Shown: positions 51,550 through 63,950 of the stretch, piece by piece | Position numbering within the stretch: the stretch's first letter is position 1 | Layout of the letters: each line of letters opens with the position of its first letter | Source: Octopus bimaculoides | Lineage: Eukaryota | DNA: 64,000 bases | NCBI RefSeq assembly: GCF_001194135.2 | Contig: NC_068989.1 | Coordinates: forward strand, 15,544,475-15,608,474 | Direction of reading: 5' to 3' | Notes under the pieces: generated by a model | Seen by the model: only the letters and a program-made list of their open reading frames with translations | Database searches by the model: none | Told to the model about the DNA's origin: nothing | Made by a program: the position numbers and the translations under genes

Positions 51550-52408
51550 CGTCTGAATAACACAAAGATGAAAATAACACCGACATCTCATTTTAACAGA
51601 TATATTTACCAAAATAACAAACATATCTTGAAATACTAAAGAGCAAATTTATTCAATAAAATCGCCATTAGCTTCAACACGACCTCCAGGCAACTTCGGA
51701 ATTTCCTGCAACTCTTCTGAATGGTCTCCCTGTTTAAGTTGGTGAATGCTGTCATAATCCTTGCCTTCAGTTCATCTTTGGTGTTACAAGGAGTTTTGTT
51801 GGTCTCTCGCTCAACTGCGCCCCACATATAATAATCAAGGGGATTGGAGTCTGGGAAGTTAGGTGGCCAGATGTTAAGGGTGATGTGGTCACAGAAACTG
51901 TCTGACAGCCATGACTGGGTTCTCCTGCTAGTGTGGAAGAGTCCTTTGCCAGACGTAGGGTCTCTCAACAGTCACCCTTTTGAGCTAGGGCAGCACTACC
52001 TCCTTCAGGCACTTGATATAGGCCTCTGTGTTGAGTGTGAGGCCGTGTGGGAAGATGAATGGAGGCATAACGTCACCATCACTAATAATCACTCAAAAAC
52101 AACATGATGTTAACTGAAAGTTTGATTTTTATCATTTTCGGTACATGTTTTGAGAATACGGCAAGCCAACAGTCATTCTGTGTGCTCACCATCTGTTCGT
52201 ATTGGAGCTTCCGACGTGAATGCCAAGCAGTACAGCATGTCATTTCCAAATTTCTGGCAGAGTGAATTACATCATGGTGCTGCTTTGCTCACCGCCGGTA
52301 CCCAACTGACCCTACTATACTGTATAGTCTACAAAATCAAAAACAAAGAATGCGCATATACGAAATTGATAATATAAAATGACGACAAATTACCCATCGC
52401 ATCTTGTA
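51550..52408 (-). mobile_element. Tc1/mariner transposon relic (internally deleted, left end joined to an F1 fragment at 51410-51550)
   Basis: VMPPFIFPHGL.LNTEAYIKCL...HTSRRTQSWL...WPPNFPDSNPLDYYMWGAVE...ELKARI; WPPxSPDLNPxD catalytic motif; TIR-like ...catcttgtata at 52408. Confidence 0.9.
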
Positions 52409-52798
52409 TATAAATGTATATATCTACGGATGTGTGTGTCTTTGTGTCTGTCCCAAAATTATCACTTGACAACCGGTATTGGTATGTTTATGTCCCCGAT
52501 AGAATAAGTACTAGGCTTACAAAGAATAACTCCTGGGATCGATTTGTTCGACTAAAGCCCTTTAAGGCAGGGCTGCAGGGAAATGACTGAAACGTGTAAA
52601 AGAATGAAATCTATATATGGATAAAGTCTTACAGCTGTTTATCCTTTTCACTCTTTATACATACACACGCTAATACACGAGTTATGTTATAATCCCCACT
52701 CTTGTTTATACAACGAAAGGGGCAAAACTAGCCGGTATACAGCACTTACTCGGTATTACCTGTATCATTGGGTTTGGTTGAATCCAATACCCTTCTTA

Positions 52799-52819
<21 letters not shown>

Positions 52820-52840
<21 letters not shown>

Positions 52841-53000
52841 TTCTTTCAGTTTCCGTCAACCAAATCCACTCACAAGGATTTGATCGGACACGGCTATAGT
52901 AGAAAACACATGCCGAAGGTGCCACGCAGTGGGACTGAACCCAAAACCATATTGTTGGGAAGCAAACTTGTTACGACACAGCTACACCGGCGCCAATATG
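52820..53000 (-). mobile_element. SINE F1, 5' module (a separate 3' module lies on + at 52435-52605)
   Basis: ttcagtttccgtc...gccacgcagtgggactgaacc. Confidence 0.8.
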
Positions 53001-53906
53001 CATAAAATTTCTTCTCTAGGGCAGCAAATCGTAATGCAGTCCTCGGGATGCCCCGCTGACAAATGAAGTCAGGCAGAACTTAAATTGACTGCTGTCGAAA
53101 CGATTTTTATAACAAATTTAACGCTATTTTTAGTACTGCATCTCCCAATCAGTAATTGCTTTATGGTTTTACTTAAAATTACTTCTAACACAAAGCGCAA
53201 CGGGCCACGACCGTGGCTGTCAGGCACAGGTCGACAGGCCACGATCTTGGTCTAGATAGATGTATTTAATTTATGGGCGTTTATTGGGGTCTAATGTCAC
53301 TCAAACGCTCCGATACCCCACAGAATGCAAGAAGAGTAATAGTTCAACTAATGACTTTTTAGATGATGTTATAACTTGCCACCATTATATACTAAGAAGA
53401 TATTTTAAGTATATATTCTTTTTTGGTTTTTATGTGTGCATGGTAGTCTCATTTTCATAAAATGTGCTCAGTGGTCCATGCTATGAGGGTGAAAATCCCA
53501 GCGCTTTATGGGTTAAAACATAACCTTAAACATACATACATACTTGCGGAAGAAAGTCGGCAACCTTAAGGGAAGAGGGTTAGTCGTGGCCATCGATACC
53601 AGTACTTGACTGGGGCTTTAATTAATGATGCCAGGAGCATGAAAGTAAAATTTGATCTCCCTGGGATGTGAACCCACAACGTAAACGTTCTGAACAAAAT
53701 AACGTAAATCAATCCCCACCCACCCATCCACTAACTATTCTATCAATCCGCTGTTCTGGTAGTCATAGATAGATAGATAAATAGATATATAAATGGTTGG
53801 ATAGAGAGATAGGTAGATAGATAAATCGATTAATAGATATATACAAATAGATAGAAAGTTTAATCGATAAACAGATAGATAGATATACATTCAGATGTTT
53901 TGCGCT

Positions 53907-53955
<49 letters not shown>

Positions 53956-54299
53956 ACATATATCTGTATATGCATGTATATATGATAACTGGTGTAAGTT
54001 TGTTTACGTCCTTGTAAATTAGCGGCGGCAAAAGGTAAAAAATAGACAAACATAAAAAAAAACTTCACAGAGAACGATAGGCTTAAAACTAATAATTTTT
54101 GCCTATGTGTCTACGAGGGTTTGTGTTATGAGCGCAACACATTTCAACCGATCTAATTTGAGGTACACAATACTTACAAACGCTCGATAATTAATTTAGA
54201 AGTTAAGTAACGGTATGCTTTTTCAAAAATAATCTGGAACACCGCTGAACACCACAGAAAACATAAAAACGTTACCACCACATGTGAAGCGAAAATAGG

Positions 54300-54570
54300 A
54301 TAAGGAGTTTAGTCGAACAAATCGACCGTTGGACTTGAAGCCTGGTACTTATACTATCAGGCTACATTACAGGAATATAAACAAACAAAACCCCAGTTGA
54401 CAAGCAGAGGTGGGGGACAAACAGACACGTCAATGAAATCTACTCACGAGGCTTTCTTCAAGCCGAGACTATAGCAGCATACACTTGCCTTAGGTGCCAC
54501 GCAGTGAGAGTGAACTTAGGACCAGGTAGTTGAGAAGGAAGCTTCTAATGACACAACCACGCCTGCACCT
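54300..54570 (-). mobile_element. SINE F1, degenerate
   Basis: Colinear with deletions; followed by an F2 copy at 54600-54810(-). Confidence 0.7.
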
Positions 54571-55902
54571 AGCCACGGTTGTTTTTAAGTCGATTTATAA
54601 TGGTTTCAAAATTTTGGCACGGGGTAAGCCGTTTTTTTAAATTTTTTTTTTTAGGGTTGAAGTATTTAACTGTTATTTATTTTATCGACCCCGAAAAGAT
54701 GAAAAGCAAAATCGAAGACAGCGAAATTTAAACTCAGAACGTATAGATGGCCGAAGTGCCCCTCAGCGTTTTGCCTCGTTTGCTAACGTTTTCTACCAGC
54801 TCGCTGCCTTAATGTACCACCGCTGTCGAGTTGTAATAAAAAAAAAAAAAAACATTTTATATTAAACTGAAAGATTACTCCATAGTTTTTGTCGAGCACA
54901 TATTATTTTTTAACGAGAGCAGTGTTGATAGTGACCACGAAGTTTCCACCAACTAGCCTTCATCGATAAATATATACACACACATCTCTCTCACACACAC
55001 ATATATATATATAAGTTGTTACTTTCTGAGGATAAACAGATACATCTATCTATCTATCTATCTCTCTATCTGATTGTATATACGTTTTCATATATAAATA
55101 TAAAGAAAAGTAAGCAAAGAGTCATAAATTTACCTTGAAAGAGTGAATATTGGTTGGTAATAACAGATTCGTGCGTAGTTGGAGGACGGGTTCGAATTTA
55201 AGTCACATATAACATCTGGTACTTAAATATGCAAGTGTGCTTGTGTACGTATAAGTGTGTGCGTCTGTTTATAGCTATATGTGTGTGTGTGTGTTTGCGT
55301 GTCGTAGTACTTGTGTTTGCCTTTTGTTTAGTGTTTTTAAATGTGTTGTTACTATAAGAGGTGGCTGCGACTGGTTTACTTAAATGTCAGCTTTTGAATT
55401 TGTATGGAAACAAACAAAAGAAAAACAAATAGAAAGAACGAAAGAAAGTATGAGAGGGAGATAGAAATTATATCTCCGTAGTTTTTGTTATTCTTTTGTA
55501 TGTGTGTGCGTATGCGTGCGCACGCATGTGCCTGTAGGTGTGTGTGTGTGTGTGTGTGTCTGTGTGCGCCTGCGCCCGCCTGTGTGTACGTGTGTTCGTT
55601 TGAGTTGCGCTTCCGTAATTTTTGTTTTGTGCGCTTTTATGACCGTTAATAGTTTGTTTTCTTGTTGTTGTTGCTGTTTTTCGCTGTAATTGTTCTATTA
55701 ATTATTACTGTTGTTGTTGTTGTTGTTATAGTTGTAGTAATTCACATTCTATTTTTGCTTTTGGATTCCGGTTGAAATAAAATGGCCAAAGTGATTATTA
55801 CTTGCGAATTGTTTTTATAAGTTATTATTTAGTTTTTATTTTAAGATTTCATACAAATAGAGAAGGAGCCAATTTCTAACCTAAATCCAAGGCCTCTTCG
55901 TT

Positions 55903-56294
55903 GTGGCTGTGTGGTAAGTAGCTTGCTTACCAACTACATGGTTCCGGGTTCATTCCCACTGCGTGGCACCTTGGGCAAGTGTTTTCTACTATACCCTCGG
56001 ACCGACTAAAGCCTTGTGAGTGGATTTCGTAGACGAAAACTGAAAGAAGCCCGTCGTATATATGTATATGTATATATGTGTGTGTTTATGTTTGTGTGTC
56101 TGTGTTTGTCCCCCCACCAACATCGCTTGACAACCGATGGTGATGTGTTTACGTCCCCGTAACTTAGCGGTTCGGCAAAAGAGACCGATAGAATAAGTAC
56201 TAGGCTTCCAAAGAATAAGTCCTGGGGTCGATTTGCACGACTAAAGGCGGTGCTCCAGCATGGCCGCAGTCAAATGACTGAAACAAGTAAAAGA
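55903..56294 (+). mobile_element. SINE F1, full length, little diverged
   Basis: Closest to the majority sequence of F1 copies in this window. Confidence 0.93.
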
Positions 56295-56646
56295 AAAAAA
56301 AAGAAAAGAAAAAAGTATATGAGTGTATATGCAAGTCTTTAGAGTCGATGCACGTGCAGATGTGTATGTTTTGGTGCATGTATGTACACTAATAACTGTA
56401 CATCTAGACATGTGTCTAATATGTATTGGCATGTATAGGCTGTCACAACGTCACACTCTCTTTGTCAGTGAACAGGTCGCGGTCTCAAAGCGATGAAAAT
56501 ATTTTGGTAAATTAAATTTAAACGTTGAAGTGAATCTAACGGTTTTTGTGTTTTTAAATGGCTTATAAACACCTTCACCGCTGCAATTGTTTTTATTTCA
56601 GCACACGATCTCAGATCAAGTCACTTGCTATGCAAGTAGATCTCCG

Positions 56647-56712
<66 letters not shown>

Positions 56713-56769
56713 TATATACTTTTATAAAACAAATTTTACAAAATATATAGTATCTGTTAACAGTGTCTA

Positions 56770-57115
56770 CATGTGTCTATTGTTTGCTTCCCAACCACAA
56801 GTTTCCGAGTTCAGTCCCACTGCGTGGCACCATCGGCAAATGTCTTCTACTATATTCAGGAGCTAAGCAGAGCCTTGTGAGTGGATTATGTAGACGGAAA
56901 CTGAAAGAAGTCCGTCGTAGATGCTTGTGTTTGTCCCCCACCACCGCTTATCAACCGGGGTAGGTTTGTTTACGTCCCGGTAATTTAGCGGTTCGATAGA
57001 AGAGAGAGAGACAGAATAAGTATCAGGCTTAAATAAATAAATACTGGGGTTCGAATAAAATTCCTCAAGGCGGTGCCCCAGCATGGCCACAGTCATGACT
57101 AAAACGAATAAAAGG
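56770..57115 (+). mobile_element. SINE F1, degenerate full length
   Basis: Colinear with 55903-56294. Confidence 0.8.
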
Positions 57116-57472
57116 ATAAAAATATATTATATATACATATGCCTGTCTGTTTCTATGTGCGCGTGGGTATGTGTGTGCGTATGTATGTATGTATGTATGA
57201 ATGTATGTATGAATGTATGTATGTATGAATGTATATATATATANNNNNNNNNNNNNNNNNNNNNNNNNNNNNNNNNNNNNNNNNNNNNNNNNNNNNNNNN
57301 NNNNNNNNNNNNNNNNNNNNNNNNNNNNNNNNNNNNNNNNNNNNNNNNNNNNNNNNNNNNNNNNNNNNNNNNNNNNNNNNNNNNNNNNNNNNNNNNNNNN
57401 NNNNNNNNNNNNNNNNNNNNNNNNNNNNNNNNNNNNNNNNNNNNNNNNNNNNTTCGTGTGTGTGTGTGTGGA

Positions 57473-57556
<84 letters not shown>

Positions 57557-58234
57557 TAACTCAGGTTTGCTGTCGCATGCATCTAGTTCAAAATTTCGAA
57601 ATGAAAATAAGCGGCAAAGTGCGCGCACGCGTGTTAGTGAATGTGTCTTATCTCGATGCATGTTTGTGTATGTAAGTATGTGTGTGTGTGTGTACGATAT
57701 GTATTTGTGTGTCTAGGCACTTAAACGTGCATGTGTATCTATATGCCGGTGTCTGTGCTTGTGTTTATACGCGCGTGCGTGTCCATATATTCGTATGTGC
57801 CCACATGCGCGTAAATGCGTACGCATTAAAATGTATATGTATGTCTACATTGGCTGTGGGTCTGTGTATGTGTGTGCGTTTTGTGTTTGTATGTGTGTGC
57901 CCTTAAATGTGCAGGCATATGCGTTGTGCCGTAAAATATTCGAGCACTTCTCCGTAGATTGTTATTTTGTAATATCTGTATGTATGTATGTATATGCAAG
58001 TGAGCGCTTATATATGAACTTAAATGTACACATGTGACATTGAAATATGCGTGTATTCATGCATGCTTGTAAGTTAATTTGTGTGTGTGCGTGTGTGTGC
58101 TGCGTGTGCGTACGTGTGTGTGCACGGGCAGATGTATGCCTGAATTTGTTGTCAGGTTGTGAATTGTGTGTTTGTGGGAATCAAGCTGTTTGTGAGTTAT
58201 TTATTTGCATTAAATATATATATATATATGTCGT

Positions 58235-58277
<43 letters not shown>

Positions 58278-58574
58278 CAATCAATTTGTGAACTATAGCG
58301 TTGTTAGTTACCGGTTTGAAAGGCAAGGCTGTTCTTCATTGTATTTCCAGCTGCGACAGCAAAAAGGGCTCAACATTAACTCGTAAAACAAAGACTACAA
58401 AAGATTCTATTCAAAGTGCACAAATTTTTGAAGGCTCTACACGCTCGTTTAAGTCGTTCGCTGATGTGCAGCATTGAAATCTATCTATCTCTCTATCTAT
58501 CCGTCTGTGAATCCGTCTGTCCATCCGTTCGTTCGTCTGCCCATCCATCCATCTATTTGTCTGTTCATTCATTC

Positions 58575-58770
58575 ATCCATCCGTCCGTCTGTCCGTCCGT
58601 CTGTCCGTCCGTCTGTCCGTCCGTCTGTCCGTCCGTCTGTCCGTCCGTCTGTCCGTCCGTCTGTCCATCTATTTCTTCCATCCGTCCGTGCGTCTGTCCG
58701 TAGGTCCGTCTGTCCGTCCGTCCATCGATCCATCCATCTGTCCGTCCATCGATCGATCGATCCATCCATC
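58575..58770. repeat. (CCGTCTGT)n 8-mer satellite decaying into (CCAT)n
   Basis: ccgtctgt repeated about 9 times; (GATA)n nearby at 58235-58277. Confidence 0.9.
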
Positions 58771-58907
58771 CAACTGTCTATTTTATCTTTTACTTGTTCC
58801 AGTTATTAGGCTGTGGCCATGCTGTAGCACCGACTTTGAAGAATTTTAGTCGAACGAATCGACATCAGTAATTATATCTTAAGCATGGTACTTATTCTAT
58901 TCTTTCA

Positions 58908-59304
58908 TTCTTTTACTTCTTTCAGTCATTTGACTGCGGCTACGCTGGAGCACAGCTCTTAGTCGATCAAATGGACCCCTGGACTTATTCTTTGTAAGCC
59001 TAGTACTGATTCTATCGATCTCTTTGCCGAACCGCTAAGTTATAGGGACGTAAACACACCAACATCGGTTGCCAAGCGGTGGTGGGGGGAATAACACAGG
59101 CACAAACACACAAATATATACACATATATACATATATATACCACGGCTTCTTTTAGTTTTCGTCTGCCAAATCCACTCAAAGGCTTTGGTAGGCCCGAGG
59201 CTATAATAGAAGACATTTTGCCCAAGGTGCCACGCAGTGTGACTGAACCAGGAATCACGTGGTTGGGAAGCAAGCTTCTAACTACACTGCCACTCATGCG
59301 TCTC
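58908..59304 (-). mobile_element. SINE F1, full length
   Basis: Colinear with 6782-7188. Confidence 0.9.
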
Positions 59305-59313
59305 TAAGCTTTC

Positions 59314-59426
59314 TGTCAGAAGTGGGATTCGAACCCACGCCCACATTCATGGACCAGAAGACTCTACGTTCTGATTAAGGTAATACACTTGAAGTCTAGC
59401 GTCTTAGACCACTGAGCCACCCTGAT
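59314..59426 (-). tRNA. Intron-containing tRNA-Leu(CAA), probably a pseudogene
   Basis: Minus: ATCAGGGTGGCTCAGTGGTCTAAGACGCTAGACTTCAAG-[about 28-nt intron]-TTCTGGTCCATGAATGTGGGCGTGGGTTCGAATCCCACTTCTGACA; colinear with eukaryotic tRNA-Leu-CAA, perfect T-arm, but G1>A, D-stem mismatches, an extra T in the anticodon loop and no TTTT terminator. Confidence 0.85.
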
Positions 59427-59716
59427 ACCTATGTTTTATTTATTTACTTTGTATTTTGCCGAACCGCTAACTTACAGGTACGTGAATACACCAGTACCGG
59501 TTTTGAAGAGGTGATAGGGGGAAAACACAAGCACACACATATGACGGACTTCTTTCAGTTTCTATCCACCAAATCCGTTCACAACGCTATATATANNNNN
59601 NNNNNNNNNNNNNNNNNNNNNNNNNNNNNNNNNNNNNNNNNNNNNNNNNNNNNNNNNNNNNATATATATATATATATATATATATAAGAGTTAAAGAATG
59701 GAGTAGATAAGATCAG

Positions 59717-59800
59717 GGCTACATATGTTTCATAGCGCACGGAACCTCGGAAGTGGTAAATATCCAAGCGAGGTGATTACGGCAGGCTACTCTTCAGGCC
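59717..59800 (-). ncRNA. Type I hammerhead ribozyme fold with long helix II
   Basis: GGC-CTGAAGA-GTAGC...ACCTCG...CGAGGT...GCTAT-GAAA-CATATGT-A-GCC; core intact, GUA triplet. Confidence 0.7.
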
Positions 59801-60898
59801 AAGGATATCTTGATAAAATGAAAGTTTACATTGTTGCAAGAGGTATATGCTAACGCATGGAAGATTCAATCAGATTGTGTAGAGAGCATTTCGTTTACAA
59901 ATGTACAGTATCAGCTGCCAACTGTAACTTCATATGTATCGGCTCATGCAGCAGAACCTTCAAAGCTAGAGTGAGCAATCACTACCCCAGTTTCAAGTCC
60001 AAAACAAAATCCAACAGTACATCGTTATCTCAGCTTATCAATAAACTAAACATTGATTCAACTCCTTACACTCTCAAGTGGTCCATAGTCACCCACGCCA
60101 GGCCATACAGTAGCTATAACAACAAGTGAGGTCTTAGCTATTTAGAAAACCACGAATGAACGTAGCAATATAATTTTTATCTGCAAGCATCGATCACAAT
60201 CTATTCTCTAAATACAAATAATAACAAAAACACCATCCCGCCTTTTCCTCCAACCTTCGTAAATGTTCCCTCCAATTTACTCTCACTACCTTTATATATT
60301 AAACCAACAATATATCTTCCCTTTAACTTCCATTTATTATTTACCTACTCTCTGTATCATTCCTTACCATTTATACATTTTTTTCTCTTATTTCACCTGT
60401 CTCCTTTTTCTAACCCCTTCCTTGTAAACTTACACGTACATCCGCCAACATACACCTCTACTACTTCATAATGTAAACACGCTCACCACACACTATGTAC
60501 ACTCCTTAAATGATTGCTAATGATAATCGCCACGATTCCTACCCATTCTATCTTGCTTTCTTCTTGCATACCTTTTTCTATCTCTTGACCAAAAGTATTT
60601 CCCCACTCTCTCTCCTCCACATTATCTTTCTTTCGGGTACCACTTCCCGTGCTAATTTCTGTGATTCGGCCCAAACAGCCCCGTTGAATACCACCGGTCA
60701 AATCAACTTACTTAAATTCCTCCTTTTCCCCACCCCCTTACGTTTTTTTTTTCTTTTACCTTCTTTTAATCCTAATTTCTCTCTACATTTATATTCTCCA
60801 CTCCTACTCTGCTCCCCACACATTTTGATTGAATCTTCCATGCGTTAGCATATGCCTCCTTGCGACAATGCAAACTTTCATTTAATCAAGATATACTT

Positions 60899-60982
60899 GG
60901 CCTCAAGAGTGGCCTGCCATATACACCTCGCTCGGGTATTTACCACTTTCGAGGTTCCGCTCGCTACGAAACATGTGTTCCC
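60899..60982 (+). ncRNA. Second copy of the hammerhead fold, core mutated (CTCAAGA)
   Basis: GGC-CTCAAGA-GTGGC...ACCTCG...CGAGGT...GCTAC-GAAA-CATGTGT-T. Confidence 0.55.
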
Positions 60983-61168
60983 CGTATTTTATCTACTCCA
61001 TTCCTAAACTCTTGTATTCTTATTCGCATACCCAGCAACGCTGGTTGCCTACTGTGAAAAAAACGAAAGAAACTTTTTTCACCTGATCAAAACGGTTTTT
61101 CTCGAATGAGGTAATATCTCAATTGATCCATAAGAAAACTCGTTGGAAACATCTGTAGTGAATGAACC

Positions 61169-61204
<36 letters not shown>

Positions 61205-61569
61205 CACGACGGGCTTCTTTCAGTTTCCGTCTACGAAATATACTTAGAAGGTTTTGGTCGACCTGGGGTTATAGTAGAAGACACCTGCCCACGCAGTGGC
61301 TCTGAATTCAGAGCCACTTGGTTTGGAAGCAAACTTCTTACCACTCAAAGAAACGTAAGATTTTTATAGATTAGATTACTGTTTACATCTTTGGTCCTCA
61401 AATACTTAGTCTGGAAAACAAACACGTTTATAAGGTACCTCACGAATAAAATAACACCAGTTAAAAACTTCAATTACTGAGAACTTTCAAAAGCTTTACA
61501 TCTATCTTTTCTTGAACTTCGCAGAGAAAGATACGTTGCAATTTATATAGATAGATATTTTTCATTAGT

Positions 61570-61970
61570 TATAGGGCTGCGACCGTGCTGGGGTATCGAC
61601 GTTAAGTGTTTAGTCGAACAAATGGACCGTAGTACATATTTACTGTTTTAAAATCTGGCGCTTACTCTATCGGTTTCATTTGCCGAACCGGTGAGTGCGA
61701 CGAGGACGTAAACAAACCATCACAGTTTGTCAAGCGGTGGTGGGGCACACTCACCACAAACACAGGGACATCCACACACACACACACATACACACACAGG
61801 CACAGATAGACAAACAGACAGACAAACACACACACACGAACACACACACATACATGCATACATGGGTTTTTTTCAGTTATCAACTTCCAAATTCACTCAC
61901 AAGTCTTTGGTCGGTCCGGATCCACAGAAGATTCTTGCCTAATGTGCCGCACAGTGGGACTGGATACTTT
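61570..61970 (-). mobile_element. SINE F1, degenerate, with expanded internal (CA)n
   Basis: Colinear; another 5' module at 61200-61345(-). Confidence 0.7.
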
Positions 61971-62539
61971 AATGAAAAAAATGGTAGGTAGTGCTAGCTT
62001 CCATAAGTATCAACATCTCTGTCTTGGACAAGCACATCTTAGTAATCTGATAGTCAGTGGTCTTTAAGTGTTCAACTGCCTATCTGAAGAAATCAGATGT
62101 ATAACGGGAGACTCTACTAAAATAGCGAAAGTAAAGCTTGACAACATTCTTCGCAAAAATTCCGGTACAATCTATGATGCAAAATCAAAACCAAGGAATA
62201 TCAGATGATCAGCAGCTACAAATTCAATTATTGATCGACTTGCATCAATATGAATTCAATAAAACTGAAGCCCCACTCCAACACCAAATGAATAAATGAT
62301 AAAATAATAAAAAAATAAAAAGAAAGTGGTGCCAACTTATGGCTGCAGTTCAGACTAAAGGCAGTAAAAGAAAGACTATACACACATACAAACACACATA
62401 AACATACCCATTAATGAATTTACATACATGTACGAATTCATATGCGTAATATGCATTCATATATATATATATATATATATATATACGTACACACACACAA
62501 ACGTATATCTATCTGTCTATCTATCTATATAAAAATATG

Positions 62540-62598
<59 letters not shown>

Positions 62599-62644
62599 NN
62601 NNNNNNNNNNNNNNNNNNNNNNNNNNNNNNNNNNNNNGTGTATG

Positions 62645-62970
62645 CTGAGCCCCCCCCCCTTCGATCATGACTGACCATGGGATTGCACCTAGAAAGTTAC
62701 CCTCCCAGGCACAAGTGCGGGCAAGGTTGTTTATGGAAGACCAGCAGTCGCCCATGCATACCAGCCTCCCCTCTCCACGCCACCAGTGTTATCCAAGGGA
62801 AAGGCAAAGGCTGATACAGTTTGGCATCTGTGACGAAACAACTTATTTCTACACCTGAGTGAACTGGAGCAACGTGAAGTAAAGTGTCTTGCTCAAGAAC
62901 ACAACACGTAGCCCGGTCCGGGATTCGAACACACAACCTCACGATCGTAAGCTCGACGCTCTAACCACTG
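62645..62970 (-). mobile_element. SINE F4, near full length
   Basis: Colinear with 44601-44939. Confidence 0.9.
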
Positions 62971-63035
62971 CGTCAGACCGTTGACTGAACACTATTGAAT
63001 TTTTTTTCTCCGTGTTTTTCTCCTTGTCTCCGTAT

Positions 63036-63072
63036 TCTTTCTGTTGAAGAGTGTAGCTCGAAACGTCAAAGA
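63036..63072 (+). ncRNA. Minimal hammerhead-like fold with variant core
   Basis: tcttt-CTGTTGA-a-GAG(tgtag)CTC-GAAAC-GTC-aaaga. Confidence 0.5.
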
Positions 63073-63616
63073 CTTTCCGTATTCCCGAGCGTCATACTAA
63101 TACATCCTTTTGTTATTTACACCACCTGTCCTCGTCTGTTGTTGTTTTTTCGTACATTCTCCCATATATATATNNNNNNNNNNNNNNNNNNNNNNNNNNN
63201 NNNNNNNNNNNNNNNNNNNNNNNNNNNNNNNNNNNNNNNNNNNNNNNNNNNNNNNNNNNNNNNNNNNNNNNNNNNNNNNNNNNNNNNNNNNNNNNNNNNN
63301 NNNNNNNNNNNNNNNNNNNNNNNNNNNNNNNNNNNNNNNNNNNNNNNNNNNNNNNNNNNNNNNNNNNNNNNNNNNNNNNNNNNNNNNNNNNNNNNNNNNN
63401 NNNNNNNNNNNNNNNNNNNNNNNNNNNNNNNNNNNNNNNNNNNNNNNNNNNNNNNNNNNNNNNNNNNNNNNNNNNNNNNNNNNNNNNNNNNNNNNNNNNN
63501 NNNNNNNNNNNNNNNNNNNNNNNNNNNNNNNNNNNNNNNNNNNNNNNNNNNNNNNNNNNNNNNNNNNNNNNNNNNNNNNNNNNNNNNNNNNNNNNNNNNN
63601 NNNNNNNNNNNNNNTG

Positions 63617-63656
<40 letters not shown>

Positions 63657-63678
63657 CATATATATATATACATATATA

Positions 63679-63741
<63 letters not shown>

Positions 63742-63744
63742 TTT

Positions 63745-63950
63745 TGTGTCAGTGTTTGTCCCCCACTACCGTTTGACAACTGTTGTTGACGTATTTACAT
63801 CTCCGTAACTTAAGCGTTTCGGCCAAATACCCCGATGGAATAAGTAGTAAGCTTAATATAAATAAATCCTAGAGTCGATTTGTTCGACTAAAACCCTTCA
63901 AGGCGGTACTATTGTATGGGCGCAGTCAAATGACTGAAACAAGTACAAGA
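63745..63950 (+). mobile_element. SINE F1, 3' module
   Basis: gtgtttgtccccc...gcagtcaaatgactgaaacaag. Confidence 0.8.

Larger units (their letters stand above)
59686..61050 (+). mobile_element. Penelope-like element relic (GIY-YIG endonuclease, 3' pseudo-LTR and inverted 5' copy)
   Basis: ORF 59857-60129: VYKCTV...CIGSC...FKARVSNH..SF...NSTSLS...LKWSIV.HARPY, then NERSNI..ICKHR; 59686-59826 is an inverted copy of 60872-61012; abuts (TA)n. Confidence 0.88.

Noticed and set aside
55134-55215. Candidate minus-strand 82-nt exon (DVICDLNSNPSSNYARICYYQPIFTLS)
   Set aside because: No polypyrimidine tract and no recognisable protein; expected by chance.
58575-58680. Regular repeat that might suggest a CRISPR-like array
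   Set aside because: 8-mer tandem satellite with no spacers, in a eukaryotic context.
234-63808. The many ORFs rich in CV/HT/YI/LS dipeptides or X runs
   Set aside because: They are translations of dinucleotide or tetranucleotide microsatellites and N-gaps, not genes.
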